Part shown: positions 29,590-54,285 of the stretch, one piece after another
Layout: every line of letters starts with the position of its first letter
Numbering within the stretch: the first letter of the stretch is position 1
Source of the DNA: Eledone cirrhosa
Taxonomy: Eukaryota
DNA: 64,000 nucleotides
Reading direction: 5' to 3'
Assembly: GCA_964016885.1 (NCBI GenBank)
Contig: OZ024742.1
Location: 41,044,001 to 41,108,000, forward strand
The notes under the pieces: model-generated
What the model saw: only the letters and a program-made list of their open reading frames with translations
What the model was told of the DNA's origin: nothing
The model's database searches: none
Program-made: the position numbers and the translations under genes

Positions 29590-30447
29590 TTCAGAGAACG
29601 CGAGGCCGCGTGTGAGACGTGGGACCGGTTGGGTCTTAGCCCAGTAGACGTCACTCCTCCTTCTTCCCTGTTGACATCAAGTCCCCCCAACGCACTTGGG
29701 ATGCCATCCAGTGCAGCCTGGCCTCAGTCAGGCTCACGCGCCAGCTCGACCAGCACCGCCTTGCTTGTTTTCGTGCGGCCTCCAAACCCCACAGTGGTGC
29801 CTGGCTCCATGCCCTGCCCTCCTTCTCCACTGGCACGCAGCTAGATAATAATAGCCTGCGAATCGGTGTTTCCCTGAGGCTCGGCCTCCGGATCTGCGAG
29901 CCACACCAATGTCGCTGCGGTTCCACCGTCGACTCTTTCGGCCTCCACCCGCTTTCCTGTCGCCACAGTGCCGGTCGCATTCCACGCCATGCTGCCCTCA
30001 ACGAGGTCATTAAGCATGGCTTGGACGCTGCAGGCTTCCCTTCCCAGCTCGAGCCGGTGGGGCTGGATCGAGGGGACGGCAAAAGGCCAGATGGCATGAC
30101 CATCTTCCCGTTCCGCGGTGGCAAACCCCTCGTCTGGGATGCCACTTGCACCGACACTTTCTGCAGCCGCAACCTGGTGCAGTCTGCGACTGACCCAGGT
30201 TCTGCGGCACGCCGGGCTGAGGGGGTCAAACTCCTCAAATACCGGTGCTCTCCGACAGGTTTGCGGTCGTTCCCCTGGCAGTGGAGACTTCTGGTGTCCT
30301 CGGCCCCAGGGCAGGGCTACCTCCTTACTCACCACCATAGGCGCTGAGCTGGCCAGCCGCAGATTTCAGCCCCGCGAGTTGGAGTGGCTTTTCCAGCGCG
30401 TCTCCCTTGCCGTCCTCCGGGGAAACGCCTTCTCCATTCTGTCCGCC
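29590..30447 (+). mobile_element. Second CRE-like non-LTR 3' fragment
   Basis: Highly similar to 19610-20145 in the opposite orientation and extends further 5' (AWL...P...G...L..R, Cys motif). Confidence 0.75.
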
Positions 30448-31055
30448 AATACATTAGTTAAATACCATTCTTTCATCTGATATATCTCTAAACTCTTATA
30501 AGTTGGTGATCTAGTTCTTATAACTTAATCCGTGGGAAAGTTAAAGGTGAAATTCCCGACATAAAAGAATAACTGAGAATTGAAAGGCCTAAAGGTAAAC
30601 TTAGTAACGATTAAAGTTTTAATAAGTAGAAAATATGACAGGAAACAGATACGATCAGGAAGTGATCTTGTTTGATATGACCAAACGGGATGAGCAGAAA
30701 TTCCGTATGATGCACACAGTGTAATCTATGGACACACAAAAGATGTAATTAGATTACAGGCAGGTTAACAGAAAAGATAGACTTTGTATATGGCAGATAC
30801 ACAGAAGTAAACACTACAATTACATGTGAAATAGATTCTCTCAGTTGCCAATATGTTGTTGACAACTTTTGTTACTTAGATGGCATAATCAAAAATAGGG
30901 AGATAACCAGGGAAAGAACGGTCTAGAAGAAGTTTAGGGAGCTGGTACACCTGCTGACAACTAAAGGTGATGATGGTATATTATACTTTCTCCTCCAGTT
31001 AACCTACGTTTTGTGAGTAAAATTTGGTAAACGAAAACTGTATGGAAGCCCATTT

Positions 31056-31154
<99 letters not shown>

Positions 31155-31350
31155 GTGTTACTGTCTGTTAATTTTGCTTAACAAAAGGTCAATAAAATAA
31201 GTACCAGACTTGAAGAAATAAGTACTTGGGTTGATATGATCGACTAAATCTCTGCGAAATAGTGCCCCAGCTTGGTCGCAGTCTAATGAGGAAACCAGTA
31301 AAAGAATAAATAAATAAATATGGGAACTGACACTACAGTAATATAGAATA

Positions 31351-31789
31351 CTAGCAGAGGTACCCGGCGTTTCTCGGGTATTAAATAGCAGTTATGTATA
31401 CCATTTATGTCAATACTTCAGTGCTGCTTCGAAAACTATACTTTTACAAAATCATCGGCTTTTTCAAAAAAGGAGTTCCTGCCCCCAGGGGTCCCCTACT
31501 CAACATGTGCCAATTCTGAGAGTTCACATTCATCTGTAGAACAAACGTAGCCCATGTGTCAAGTTTTGTGAAAATCGGTTGCGAACTCCAGAAGTTATGA
31601 CGTTTTGTTGCATTGCACTGCAGTGCTTCAGTCGACTCCAAGGAAGTGGTTAAAGGGGATTATCTGCCGGGAGGCCTTATAATCAAATCTGGAAAAATGA
31701 AAGTGCCCATGACCATCCGGAGTACATAAGTAACCTGTCTTAAGTTTGGTGAAAATACTGTAGAAATGCATAAGGTTTACACACACACA

Positions 31790-31790
<1 letters not shown>
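31351..31790 (-). mobile_element. Non-autonomous Helitron fragment with 3' end
   Basis: Minus strand hairpin cccgagaaacgccggg followed by CTAG; similar to the end at 52245. Confidence 0.55.
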
Positions 31791-31876
<86 letters not shown>

Positions 31877-32514
31877 GTCGGCGCATACGTATGTACTGGC
31901 CTAAATCTTCACTATTTACTTTTACTATTCGTCGAGGTTAACTTTGCTTTCATCATTACGGGATCGATAAAATAAAGTACCAGTAATCTACAGAGTAACT
32001 GCTGGGCTTAATGTAATGTACTGAGTAATTGCTAAAACTATAAACAACTATTTTAATAACCTCTGTCATTTTCGTTTACAATTTTATTTACATCATTCTT
32101 AAACTCCGGGGCTGGAAATCATTCGGTTATTTTAAATAGAATATTAGTCTAACGACTCCATTTATACCATAAACTTGGTCTTGTCTTTGCATGAAATTGT
32201 TCTTCTCGCTCCACATAACGACGTATTATCCTCGCTTTTTTTCCCGTTCATTACCAGGGAACGTCTTCACGAACCAAAATATCGTCTTCCCGTTTTCCTT
32301 CGGTTGCAATGTTTCTCAAAATATTTAATTCTGCGTTCACAGATTGAATTTATTAGTTTAAGATCTTGTTAATGTTGAAAGCAGCGATTCTTTGCTTAAA
32401 CTTTCTTTTTTTCTCATTCTCTCTCCCTTTTTTCTCATACCCCCTCTCTCTCTTCCTCTACAGAATGGAGAACAACAAAGAACGCGCAGATCTCTCTCTC
32501 TCTCTCTCTTTATA

Positions 32515-32577
<63 letters not shown>

Positions 32578-32679
32578 CAGCGTCCGTCGCCATTCTCTCT
32601 CTCTCTCTCTGTTTCTGATTATCTTGTACCTCTCTCTATATAACGACCTATCTCACTCTCTCTCTACATCTCCCTTTAG

Positions 32680-32743
<64 letters not shown>

Positions 32744-35709
32744 ATGATAATAATGGAGCTGCGGCGTTGCAAATATATATATATATATACATAGAGAGAG
32801 AGTTGCAACATGTATGTAGTTTCATAGAATTTTGAGGGTAGTGAGAATGAAAATATAAACAGAGCATATAAATAAATTTACAGTAGAATAACATAACAAA
32901 TATGTTTTAAATATATACATAAATAACATTACAAATGCCTCGGTAACACTACAAAGGATGATACAATGAAAGATATATTCCTTCAATGCTACAATATTAA
33001 AGAAAATGTAAAGCAAGGGATGAACAACGGAGCCAACACCAGAGCAAAAAACACCAACGTCGCAAGTACTGGGCAACCTCTCTAATGATTTTTTAGGCAA
33101 GCCAGCACACTCGCAGCGTTGCCTCGGGTGGTGGCGTGGCTGGTGCGCTGAAATATTGTTTTAAAAGACGTTTTAATGGAAATGAAGCAAAATGAAAGCT
33201 TAATGTTGAAACTTCGAACTCGTGAATTTTGCAGGTTAAAATTTTTCTGGCCCGAAAACTGTTCGCGTATTTTTGTACCTTTGCACGTTTATTCGTAACG
33301 TAAATAGATAAACAAATGACGCTAAAAAAGGGAAATAACTCGTCTCTATTTATACATTTGAACTGAAAAATCAATATATTACAAATTCGTTTTTTGCACT
33401 TGGCGTGGGTCGATTTGAAAGTTTTTTGACCGATGTCTCCACCGGACCTTCATCTCTAAGTGTAGCAATTTCACCGAAATTTGAACGTATGGTTTAGGAG
33501 ATGTGTGCCGACTGTTTTAGTAGACAGACAACCTCAAATTTATATATATAGATTAAATCTCTCTATTCATTTGGTACACAATAAAACAAATGCAGGCGTA
33601 CTGGATGTAGGGGAGACAACTCAATGTTAACACTAGAAAAATTTAACGCTTTCACAAATTAGTCTGTAGCTTTAATATAGAAGTATTTTACAATCCATCA
33701 ATTTTTAGATATATAAAATGAAATAAAAATATATATAAAAAAAGAGAGAATAACTGAAACAGAAAGAGTAAAGGAAAATAGAGAGAGAACGGAAGACTCC
33801 ACACCCCAGTCTAGGCGATATATTTCAGTTGCACCTCACGGACAAAATGGCAAAGTAATTGCCGTGTAGAACAGCCGGCGACACTCGTTACATCAGCCAC
33901 TCAACCTCAGGCAGAATACACTCCTCCCAATTTTTCTGAGGAAAATGGCAATTAGGAGGACGGAGACACCAAAAATCTCGATGGCAACCGAACACGAAAA
34001 GAAAGCGGTCGATCAAGCTTCCTTTGCATTGCGGGCAGCAGTGCCTTGGTTTTTGTGGTTAAAACGACAAGGCTGGAGGCTCCTTCTGATGACTTCGATC
34101 GAGGCGGTGTGTCGAGGGAATGGGAACCGACCTACACTCAATGACCCCAGATTACACCACTGATGATGATACCTCCCAGCTCATCTACGATGATGTATAT
34201 TGCACACAAATTTCTTGTTCTAGTTTCACAAGCTATTTCTAGCAAACACAGCTGGAAGTTTCTTTGTTGACTCGAGTAACATGTTTAACAGATCCATCAT
34301 TAAATAATACAGTAATTGACATCAGTGTATCACTATACCCCACCAATATTAGTGGATAGAGTGTTCGGCTCACAACCTTACGGTCGTAAGTTAGATTCCC
34401 GATTCATTGTGTCCTTGAACAAGACACTTTATTTCACGTTACTCCATTTCACTCAGCTAGCAAAAATTAGTTGTACCTGTAATTCAAAGTACCAGCCTGG
34501 TTACACACCGTGTCACGCTGAATCTCCCTGAGAACCACATTAGGATACATGTGCCTGTGGTATGCTCTGGCACATGCAAGTTGATTTCTCGAGACTGTTC
34601 CGTTTGAAACACTTGTCGTAATCGACTGAGGTCCGACACACTCTCTAGTTGGACTGTATGTTTACTATTACAATCATTATTCCAGCTAAAATGCCATGAA
34701 CGTATGAGGAAAGCACTCCGTCAGTTACGACGACGTATGTTCCAGTTGATCCGATCAACAGAACAGCCTGCTCGTGAAATTAACGCGCAAGTGGCTGAGC
34801 ATTCCACAAACAGTTTAGGGAATCGAACTCACGATCATGAACCGAATTTCCTAACCACAAAGCCACCCGTTTTCATTACATCTTCTAATCTTTTAATAAG
34901 CATACATTTCTGACAAGACGCAAATTATGATAATTACATATTAAATACATTATATAATATAATTTATTTATATACAGTATATATTAAACTGTGTACTAAG
35001 TAGTTGACGAATGCAATAATGAAAATCGAATGGACCTTCGTCAACTTTAACGATGAATGTTCCAGTTGTTCGATCAATAGAAACATTTGCTCATAAAATT
35101 AACTTCTAAGTCCATGAGCATACCACAGACACGTGTGCACTTAACGAAATTCTTAGAGAGGTTCGGCGTAACACTGAGTGACAAGGCCGGCCTTTTGAAT
35201 TGCAAGTACAGTCCATTCAACAGGCTTCTTAAGTTTCCTTCCTTCTAGCCAATTTCACTCACAAGGCTTGGGTCGACATGATGCTTTGTTAAATGACACT
35301 TGCCCAAGATGTCACGCAGTGGGAATGAACATGGCGCCTAATGGTGCTGCGTCCACTAGCATACGTTAAATACATATCTGAACATATATAGTACAAAATT
35401 ATTGTATAGTGTACTGAAATGGAAGATAAAATTAGACACTACAACGACACGTGTACCTCACAAACCTAATGTGACAAACTATCAAAGTTGGCTACCCGCA
35501 AGTGCCAGTCCCGGGAGTTGGAGTGGCTGTTCCAGCGCGTCTCCCACACCATCCTCCGATGCAATGCCTTCTCCATTCCGTTCGCCGGGACCAGGAGAGG
35601 AACAAACCCTTAAAAATTGAGTAGTAAATACATATCTCACACACAGAGTAAACAGTTATAAAATTAGATTTTGTAATGAACCGTGCCGAAAAATTCCGTC
35701 AGATTGAAA

Positions 35710-36970
35710 TAATTTTCTACTTTTGACACAAGGCCAGCAATGTGAAGGGAAGGGGGAAAAAAATCAATTAAATCGATCCCAGTACGTTACTCTATCGACC
35801 CTGCAAGGATGAAGGACAAAGCTAACCCTTGGCGGGATTTGAACTCAGAACGTAGAGTCGTAACTCTATGCTGTAAAGCATGTCCGTGCTCTACTGATAC
35901 TGCCATTCCTCCGTCAGATCAAAATAATGGTTTCTGATTTAGGCACAAAGCCAACAATTTGGGGGGAAGGGAAAGTCGATTAAATCGATCCCAGTACGTT
36001 ACTGGGTCTTTATTTTACGAATAGACTACTTTGCCGGTCCTGATAAAATAGACAAACATGCTTTTTAAGCATATTTTACCGGTCCACGGTAAATATAAAT
36101 AATTGTTTCTACTTTTGGCACAAGGCCAGCAATTACCCAGTGTTTTACTGGTACTTTATTTTATCGACCCCGTAAGGATGAAAGGCAAAGTTAACCTCGG
36201 CGGGATTTAAATATAAATAATGTTAGTGTTGGGTTTGGGTTAAATTTGGGTTTAAATAAATAAACTTGTGTGTTGTTATTTTTAACATTACCTGTCTTCA
36301 TAATAATGGTTTCTGATTTAGGCACAAGGCCAACAATTTTGTGGGGAGAAAGTCAATGAAATCGACCCCAGTGCATTACTGGTGCTTTATTTTATCGACC
36401 CTGTAAATATGAAAGGAACGTAACTATGCCGCGACGCACAGTGACCAACTCTCGGATCTCAAATAATCCCCTCCGCTTATTAATTTTTCAGATTTATTCC
36501 AACTCCCTTCCCCAACCTTATTAAATTTTGCTAATCTATCTCCGCCGAAATTTTATTTTAAGTGGTAGCATTCCTGCGACAAATTTAATTTTCTTTAGAA
36601 GTGAAAAAAAAATTATACATTGCAAAAAAAAAAAAATTACAAGAAATACCATACGTTATTAAACAAATAGGATGGGTTGGGGTCTCAATATGTCAACTAA
36701 ACAGCTAATTTTGGTTTTAAAAAATAAATCAAGGGAGACAACCTAGAAAAATTATCGATTTTCCACACCCACCCCTATTATTTGGGACCCGAAAGTACGC
36801 TCTACCGATACTACATATTCAGTCAGATTAAAATAATTGTTTCTACTTTGGGCACAAGGCCAGCCATTATCCCAGTGCATTACTAGTACTTTATTTTATC
36901 GACCCCTTAAGGATGAAAGGCAAAGTTAACCTTGGCGGGATTTGAACTCAGACCATAAAGGACCGTAACT
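35710..36970 (-). mobile_element. Cluster of tRNA-derived SINE copies (Nin-domain-like); more at 41350-41820, 50245-50400, 55475-55950 and 56765-56890
   Basis: B-box-like GAGTTCAAATCC followed by ctttgcctttcatcc...ggtcgataaaataaagtaccag. Confidence 0.65.
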
Positions 36971-38721
36971 CTGCTGTCAATGACACGCATTTCTTTTACC
37001 AATAAAGTGTTGGTGGACGTCAAATATATTTTTTGAAAGTGAGATCGCGATGTAAAAAGTTTGGAAAGACCTCATTGAATGTCTATAAAGGTGTCATCAT
37101 TCTATTTCTAGCAAATACAGACATGCTACTTCACTGACTTGAGTAGCATTTAACCGATCTTACTTTTTTTTTTTATATCACATCCGTATATTCGTTCCTG
37201 ACCCATCCCCCAACCAACCTCAAATCCTTTCAGGGACAATAAGATACCAGTCATGGGGAAGGGAATCAATGGAAGTTCTGGGATACTATGAGGTAACTGT
37301 TTCAGTTCTAAGTGCTTCTAATCCCACTGGAAAAGCGATGACGCCTCTACCAAGAATTGCAACCAATGAATAGAATCAGCAAAGGGGGGAAAAAAAACGG
37401 AAATATTTCTTTCACAGGTCACAACACATGTACAGTTTAGCGAACTATTCAATATTTAGACCTATAATCAACACAGAAGAAAACGACCGGTTGTTAATTC
37501 ACATTAAAAAGTTGTTCCTAAAAAAATTAAAATGTTGGGTGGGCGAAATCAGTATAAGGGAGGTAACTCTCTAAACTTGTACAACTTCCTGGTGATCGCC
37601 ATTAGCTGATTTCAACGACCTTACACCTCGCCAGTAGTTTCTTTCCAAGTTTATTTATTTTATCAAACTCCTTTTGTCGAACTGTTAGGTTACGATATAG
37701 ACAGACACACATAACAGGCTTCTGTAGTTTCTGTCTACGAAAATTCCACCTTAGTCAACCTGAGGATATTGATGCACGCATACGGTGCCGTGTAGCATGA
37801 CAATCTAAAACTGTATTTTCTAAGAACTCTTAAGCAATTTTGGAAATAGCAATATTATTTTAATTTTTGGCGTACTAGATGAAGCATGTTTAGCACCCAA
37901 AGTTCTGACAGCAAAGGATCTTTAAATTATTTTCCGTCGTTCTATCATATCACACTACCTGTGTTTAACCCTCGATTCAACATGGAAATTGGCCTTAAAA
38001 TGCTTGTGTACTATTGTTTTTAATTTAACACCAGTTCATTCTCCCAAAGCAAATCTCACCAAGTCATCATGCCTCCCTCGATAGGATAGAGCAAAGATCC
38101 CCAACCACCAGACCGCAATAATTACTTTGTTTAAAATTATATAATAGATAAATTGAATATTGGACTTTAATTTTAAAAGATTTACACAAGTCAAAAGATT
38201 ATACACTTCTTTTTATTACTCTCTTACTGGAATGCACTTAAATAATGTGCAGCTACCAGTCCAGCATGAAGGCAGTCCATGGTATAAAAAAGTTTGGAGA
38301 CCACTGGAGTAGAGAACAGTCAATGCCAGTGCCATGATAAAACTCACCCAATACACTTTAGACTAGTTGATGATAGAAAAGTTACCAAAGCGTCATGGGA
38401 CTCTTCAGTCATATCAGAAAAAAAAATGACTTTTATGATGTATGTAAGCAAGATACTGGCCATGAGGCCAGTAACCCCAAGTGACTGACTTGGTCTGTGA
38501 TGCCCCATCCAACCCTTGCTCTAAGGGAAAACAGCACTGATTGCATCACATTAAAATCGTTTCTTTACAAACTTGCCACCAAACAAAGAACAATTTTTTT
38601 GTTTGTTTTAATCTATATAAGAATCAGATGAATGGCTCTAAAAATACTTTCCACAAAGTCAACCCAGCACTTTTCCTAAAAAATTAAAAAATAAAGACAT
38701 TATCCTCAGAAAAATTCCATG

Positions 38722-38727
38722 TTTATT
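38722..38727 (-). terminator. RPS16 polyadenylation signal AATAAA
   Basis: A few nucleotides after the TAA stop on the minus strand. Confidence 0.75.
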
Positions 38728-38733
38728 AATATT

Positions 38734-48854
<10,121 letters not shown>

Positions 48855-48859
<5 letters not shown>

Positions 48860-48887
48860 CTTGGAAGAAGTCGGTTCTAAAAGGAAG
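48855..48887 (-). promoter_or_regulatory. RPS16: RPS16 exon 1: polypyrimidine (TCT/5'TOP) start, short 5' UTR and ATGAA
   Basis: Minus strand CTTCCTTTTagaaccgacttcttccaagATGAA|gtatgt; typical of ribosomal protein genes. Confidence 0.8.
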
Positions 48888-51800
48888 TGCCACGGGTTGG
48901 ACAATTGTAAATCACATGTGTAGCAACTCTCTATCCAGTGTAACTTTCAATATTTATATACAATAATTGTGGTAACACGTATTATGAAATATTCTATCCA
49001 TTTTTTAACATATTATTCAATTTTTAAATAACTTTAAATTATAATATAATTTTGTTTTAAATTGGTTTTATTTGAAAATCTAAATACTATTTTTCTTATA
49101 GAGACTATATTTTCATTTCCGGTATAATGCCATGCGGCTTCTTAATATTCACCTTTACATGGTTATTCTACCTGCTAGAAATAACAGCCATATCTCCCTC
49201 AGATCATACACCCTAACCTCTTGAAATGAAAAGGCACATTGGATAATATAGTCCTAGATATACGATGTCTTCAAATAAGAGAGAATATTTATGGACGGAA
49301 CGTTTTATTATAATTTTTAGTTTGCTTAATCACGACTGACAGAGAATATATATAGGGTATATAAAAAAATAACTTGGCTTGTTTGAATTACCGAAACGAA
49401 TCAATTTCGTTTTAGCATGGATACTTATGATTTAACCAAAGTGTATTGTTTTTTTTTCCTAATACATGTGCTTTTAAAATACTATTTTTATATATACATG
49501 AAGCGTTAAGAATAGTTTATTTGCGAAGAAGGAAATTCCATTACAAATGCAAGCATTTAGAAAATAAAATTTAGCGTGGAATTAAAAAAATACAATTTGC
49601 ATTTGTAATAAAATGTTCATCCTTGCAGAGAAAATATAGTTAATATTTCATAAAAAAATATAGTTAATAAATTCATAAAAAAAATATTTAATCGTTTCGG
49701 TAATCCAAGAAAGCCAAGTTGTTTTTTGTTTCTTTCTTTTACACACCCCATTGCGCAGCTGTGTTGGGCCTCCGTCGGTGCTGACGAGGAGTGTTCCAGT
49801 TGTTTGATCAACTGAACAGTTTGATCTTCCAACTGGTTGAGCAATCCACAGATTCGTGTACACTTAACTTTCAGGGAGATTCGGTGTGATAATGCTAGCC
49901 ACTTTAAATTACCGGTACAAATGACTTTTGCCAGTTGAGTGGACTGGAGTAACGTAAAATAAACTGTCTTGTCCAAAGACAACTCGCCGCCGGGAAGCGA
50001 ACTAACGTTGAGCCAAATAACCTAACCACTAAGCAACACGCCTTCACAAGTACGCACGTATTCGGCAAGATTTACTACATTAATGACTTAAGCAAGGATT
50101 TTAAAAAATGTTTTTTTATACAAAATTTTCCGCTTTAAACTTCAAATTAAAGATCCCCATACTTAAAACAAGAATCGAAATTCAATGAACAAAAACAATA
50201 CATTTAGGTGGCAATACAAATTTTGATTTATTATTATGGTCGGACGCCATGCTTTGCAGCAAAGAGTTACAGCCCTTTATGGTCTGAGTTCAAATCCCGC
50301 CAAGGTTAACTTTGCCTTTCATCCTTACCGGGTCGATAAAATAAAGTACCAGTAATGTACTGGATAATTGCTGGCCTTGTGCCAAAAGTAGAAACAATTA
50401 TTATTATTTCCATTCCTTATCCTTGCCTCAGTTTTGGTTTATTAAATTTCTGTTAATTCAAAATGCCTTGATGATCACAGACCTGTCAACTCTCCCCGCT
50501 GTACGGATGAGATCTCCAACCCACTTTGGTGTGAGTGACAGATGTCTTCTCTTGTGAAAATGGGTATAGCTTTCATTATATAAAATCTCCCCATTTTGCC
50601 TCATTTCTCCCCGTTTTGGGGCATTTTTTTTTTTTTTTATGGTACTCCACGTTTAGGTTTTTAGAGGTTGGCAGGTCTGGATCGGTCGAGAAGACTCTTC
50701 AGTTTCCCTATTGATGCAAAGAGGCAGTAGAACTCTTCAGCTGTGTCAAAGACATGGCAATCTCCTTACTGTTGGTAGTTTACACAATAAATGCAACTGT
50801 ATAGTGGTTGGTGTTACGAAAGGCATCCAGCCGTAGAATCCAAATAAAGGGTTGAGAGGATTCATCAGTTGTGCTAATGACATGACAAACTCCCCAATGC
50901 CGGTATCACAATAAAATGCACCCAGTACACTTTGTAAAGGAGAGAAGAAGAGCATCGAGCTAAAGAAACCATGCCAAAACAAGAAATATTTAAGCAAAAT
51001 GTGGAACCCAACTGCCTGTCTGGAACAACCGAGTTGCTCTGTGATAACCCGTCTAGCCCATGCCAGCATGGATAATGAGTCATTGGTGTAAAGGGCAAAA
51101 AGAATTATGGTATTTGTTCAAGTTGTCTTCTCTCTGAGTGTGGGGTGTTATCAGATGTGTCTGGGAGGATGGTTTTAGTGACCTATTCAACTGGCCATTT
51201 ACTGGCAGAATCATGGAAAGTTGTTACTGATATCCAGGTGAGTGGATTTTTACTGGTGTGTAAACACCCCTACACCTCTCAGAGATGGGTTAGAGATAGA
51301 TATTGTGTCAGAGAAGAATTAAGATGTTATACCTATCCAAAATGCTAATTTTATTATTTTTATGACAATCATAACTGCTTCAAGTTCTGTATAAGAAATG
51401 AAGAAGGATTGATGCCCCTGGAGTTTTGTAATGCTAATGGTCTGACCATCTGCAACACTCCCTGAAATTCAATTTGATAAATATATCTTCCTCCTCCCAG
51501 CAGGTCCTGTCAGTAGCAACTTGGTCAGGGTCTTGTTGAATTTTAAAATCTAACCTTTTCAGTGAAATATAGTTTGAAATTAAACTACCTGAAAACTGTT
51601 TTAAAGTGTTTAAATTTATCTAAAAACTTTTCCATCATAATTTCATGAAAAAAAACTTTATTTTATTATGTTCCAAACACCACCCTAATAATGAGAAAGT
51701 CATCTCCTCTGTGGGTCTCACCGATTTGAGATGAGCTCTCACCATCTCTGCCCATGTCTTTCTTGGTCAACCTCTACTGTGGCTTCCTTCCACTGGTATT

Positions 51801-52244
51801 TCCTGACACTTCTCTCAACGATCATTATCTATGTGCATCACATAGGCTTCTCTCCTGCACACTGCTTTGAACTCCTTTTAAACCTAGCTTCTCCATCAGT
51901 TCATCCAATCTCTGCCTTTCTCTCACATTTACATTGCACATCCAATGAAGCATGGTTGCTTCATTTCTCTCCAGTCTACACATATCCTCTGCAATAACAA
52001 CCTATGTTTCACTACCATGCAGCATAATACAGTCATCCTTTTGTATATAATAAGAAACATTTTTTGTCAACAGTCGGAGCAGCTCTCAAAATCTTTTCCA
52101 TTTTATCCTATTCTAGCCCTCTGGTTCTCCAAGCACCCTCTTCTGCTGCAAATTAAGCCCCCTAGATAGTAAATCAACAATAATAATAAACTTGAAATAG
52201 AAAACACATAAAAGCAAATTATTATAAAACTTCTTTATATACTA

Positions 52245-52858
52245 CTAGCAGTAAAGCCCGGCGTTGCTCGGGGTCGCTCAGTAGCTGTGTTAAAGTTACA
52301 ATGTTAAGTTTCTTTTTTGGCTTAAAGTCTGTCTGCACGCCTAACGAAATTTACAGATACATATATTTTAAATAAACTTATATAATTTTTGCTTTTTTTT
52401 ACGAAATATTTGCTTGTTTTACGTAGTCTTTAAATAGACTCGTTTTCAAGTAAAAATATTGTTTTAAAAGGCTTTTAAATGGAAATGAAGCAAAACGGAA
52501 GCTTAGTGTTCGAACTGATGAATTTTGCAGGTCAAAATTTTGCTGGCTCGACAACTGTTCGTGTATTGTGTTAATGTCATTTTAAACGCTGAGAAAGCCA
52601 GCGTAATTTTTTACGTAAGACGCTCAATGTAAACAGAACAAAGGGAAATAACTGATAACTTACGCTCAAAAATCGATACATTATATTCGATTTCGTCACA
52701 TAGGGTGGGTCAATTTGAAATTTTCTTTTTCCGATGTCTTCGCTAGGGCTCAATGTACAAGTCTAGCAATTTCGGTGCAATTCCGTGAGAGATTCTAAGA
52801 GGAGATGTGTGCCAAAAATCGATAGACAGACAGACAACCACAGTTTTATATATATAGA
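52245..52858 (-). mobile_element. Non-autonomous Helitron, copy 1
   Basis: Minus strand begins A|TCTATATATA and ends with hairpin cccgagcaacgccggg plus CTAG|T. Confidence 0.8.
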
Positions 52859-52862
52859 TAGA

Positions 52863-53764
52863 CTAGCAGTAAAGCCCAGCGTTGCTCGGGGTCGCTCAGT
52901 AGCTGTGTTAAAGTTACAATGTTAAGTTTCTTTCTTGGCTTAAAAACTGTAGTGTCTACTGTGCAGACTTGCATGTGGTGTTTTTGATTAATATTCCCTC
53001 AACCAACAATATGCCTTATGAAGTTAAGAAAACATAACGATAACCCGAATGTTATAACAAAAGAGGATGCTGGGGATAGAAACTGCACTGGTTATTTATT
53101 AACAAAGATCGAAAATGTAAACACTGCAACGCAGAGAAAAACATTAGCGTAACCAAATTATCAGTTATGTCTGTCTGCACGCCTATATCACCTCTCTGCA
53201 CGACTGTCTGTCTGCACGCCTATATCACCTCTCTGCACGACTGTCTGTCTGCACGCCTATATCACCTCTCTGCACGACTATCTGTCTGCACGCGTATATC
53301 ACCTCTCTGCACGACTGTCTGTCTGCACGCCTAACGACGAAATATTTGCTTGTTTTACGTAGTCTTTAAATAGACTTGTTTTCAAGTAAAAATATTGTTT
53401 TAAAATGCTTTTAAATGGAAATGAAGCAAAACGGAAGCTTAGTGTTCGAACTGATGAATTTTGTTCATGTATTGTGTTAACGTCATTTTAAACGCTGAGA
53501 AAGCCAGCGTAATTTTTTACGTAAGACGCTCAATGTAAACAGAACAAAGGGAAATAACTGATAACTTACGCTCAAAAATCGATACATTATATTCGATTTC
53601 GTCACATAGGGTGGGTCAATTTGAAATTTTTTTTTTCCGATGTCTTCGCTAGGGCTCAATGTACAAGTCTAGCAATTTCGGTGCAATTCCGTGAGAGATT
53701 CTAAGAGGAGATGTGTGCCAAAAATCGATAGACAGACAGACAACCACAGTTTTATATATATAGA
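52863..53764 (-). mobile_element. Non-autonomous Helitron, copy 2, with an internal 37-bp minisatellite (about 53168-53333)
   Basis: Same termini as copy 1, head-to-tail, 4 nt apart. A related fragment lies at about 33150-33553. Confidence 0.8.
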
Positions 53765-53789
53765 TGAGTGTTTCTCAATGGAGTATAAA

Positions 53790-53942
53790 CGAAAAGATTT
53801 TTTTAAAGTTTCAATATGTGAGCATCCGACATACAACTGTCCATGAGAGAAGCAAGGCTCCTCTAATTGCAAACCAGTTACTGATAATATCTGTCCCTGA
53901 GATTTGTTGATGGACATTGCAAAACATAGTCTAATTGGAAAC
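53790..53942 (-). pseudogene. Helitron Pif1-helicase C-terminal fragment
   Basis: [17 protein letters not shown]...[18 protein letters not shown] motif. Confidence 0.8.
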
Positions 53943-54000
53943 TATATATATTTTCTTTTATTATTTTTATTTAATTACATAATAAATAACACAATATAAT

Positions 54001-54074
54001 TATTCCATTACTAAAGGTTTCAGGAAACTAGACGATCCTTACAGAAACGTCCAGCTCGTTCGTCAGCTGAAATA
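54001..54074 (-). ncRNA. Hammerhead-like motif with an extended stem II
   Basis: tatttca g-CTGACGA-ac gagctggacg..cgtctagttt cct-GAAA-cc ttta-GTA-a tggaata. Stem I tatttca/tggaata. Confidence 0.6.
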
Positions 54075-54245
54075 GTTATATATATATATATATATACATG
54101 TGTGTATATATATATTGTTATACTTGGGGAGGGTCATATTGTTGTAATATTGCCAGAAATAATAACAGAACATACTCACTGTATACTCCCCAAGTATAAC
54201 AATATTTGTTTCGACACACGATTTCTTATCAAAAATGTTGCAAAA

Positions 54246-54285
<40 letters not shown>

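Larger units (their letters stand above)
28790..30970 (+). mobile_element. Old degraded LINE (RTE-like) remnant interrupted by later insertions
   Basis: Residual RT motifs (IPNDWRSS, QFGFM, DLKK.F..VP) at 28880-29300. Related sequence appears to resume near 30540. Confidence 0.5.
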
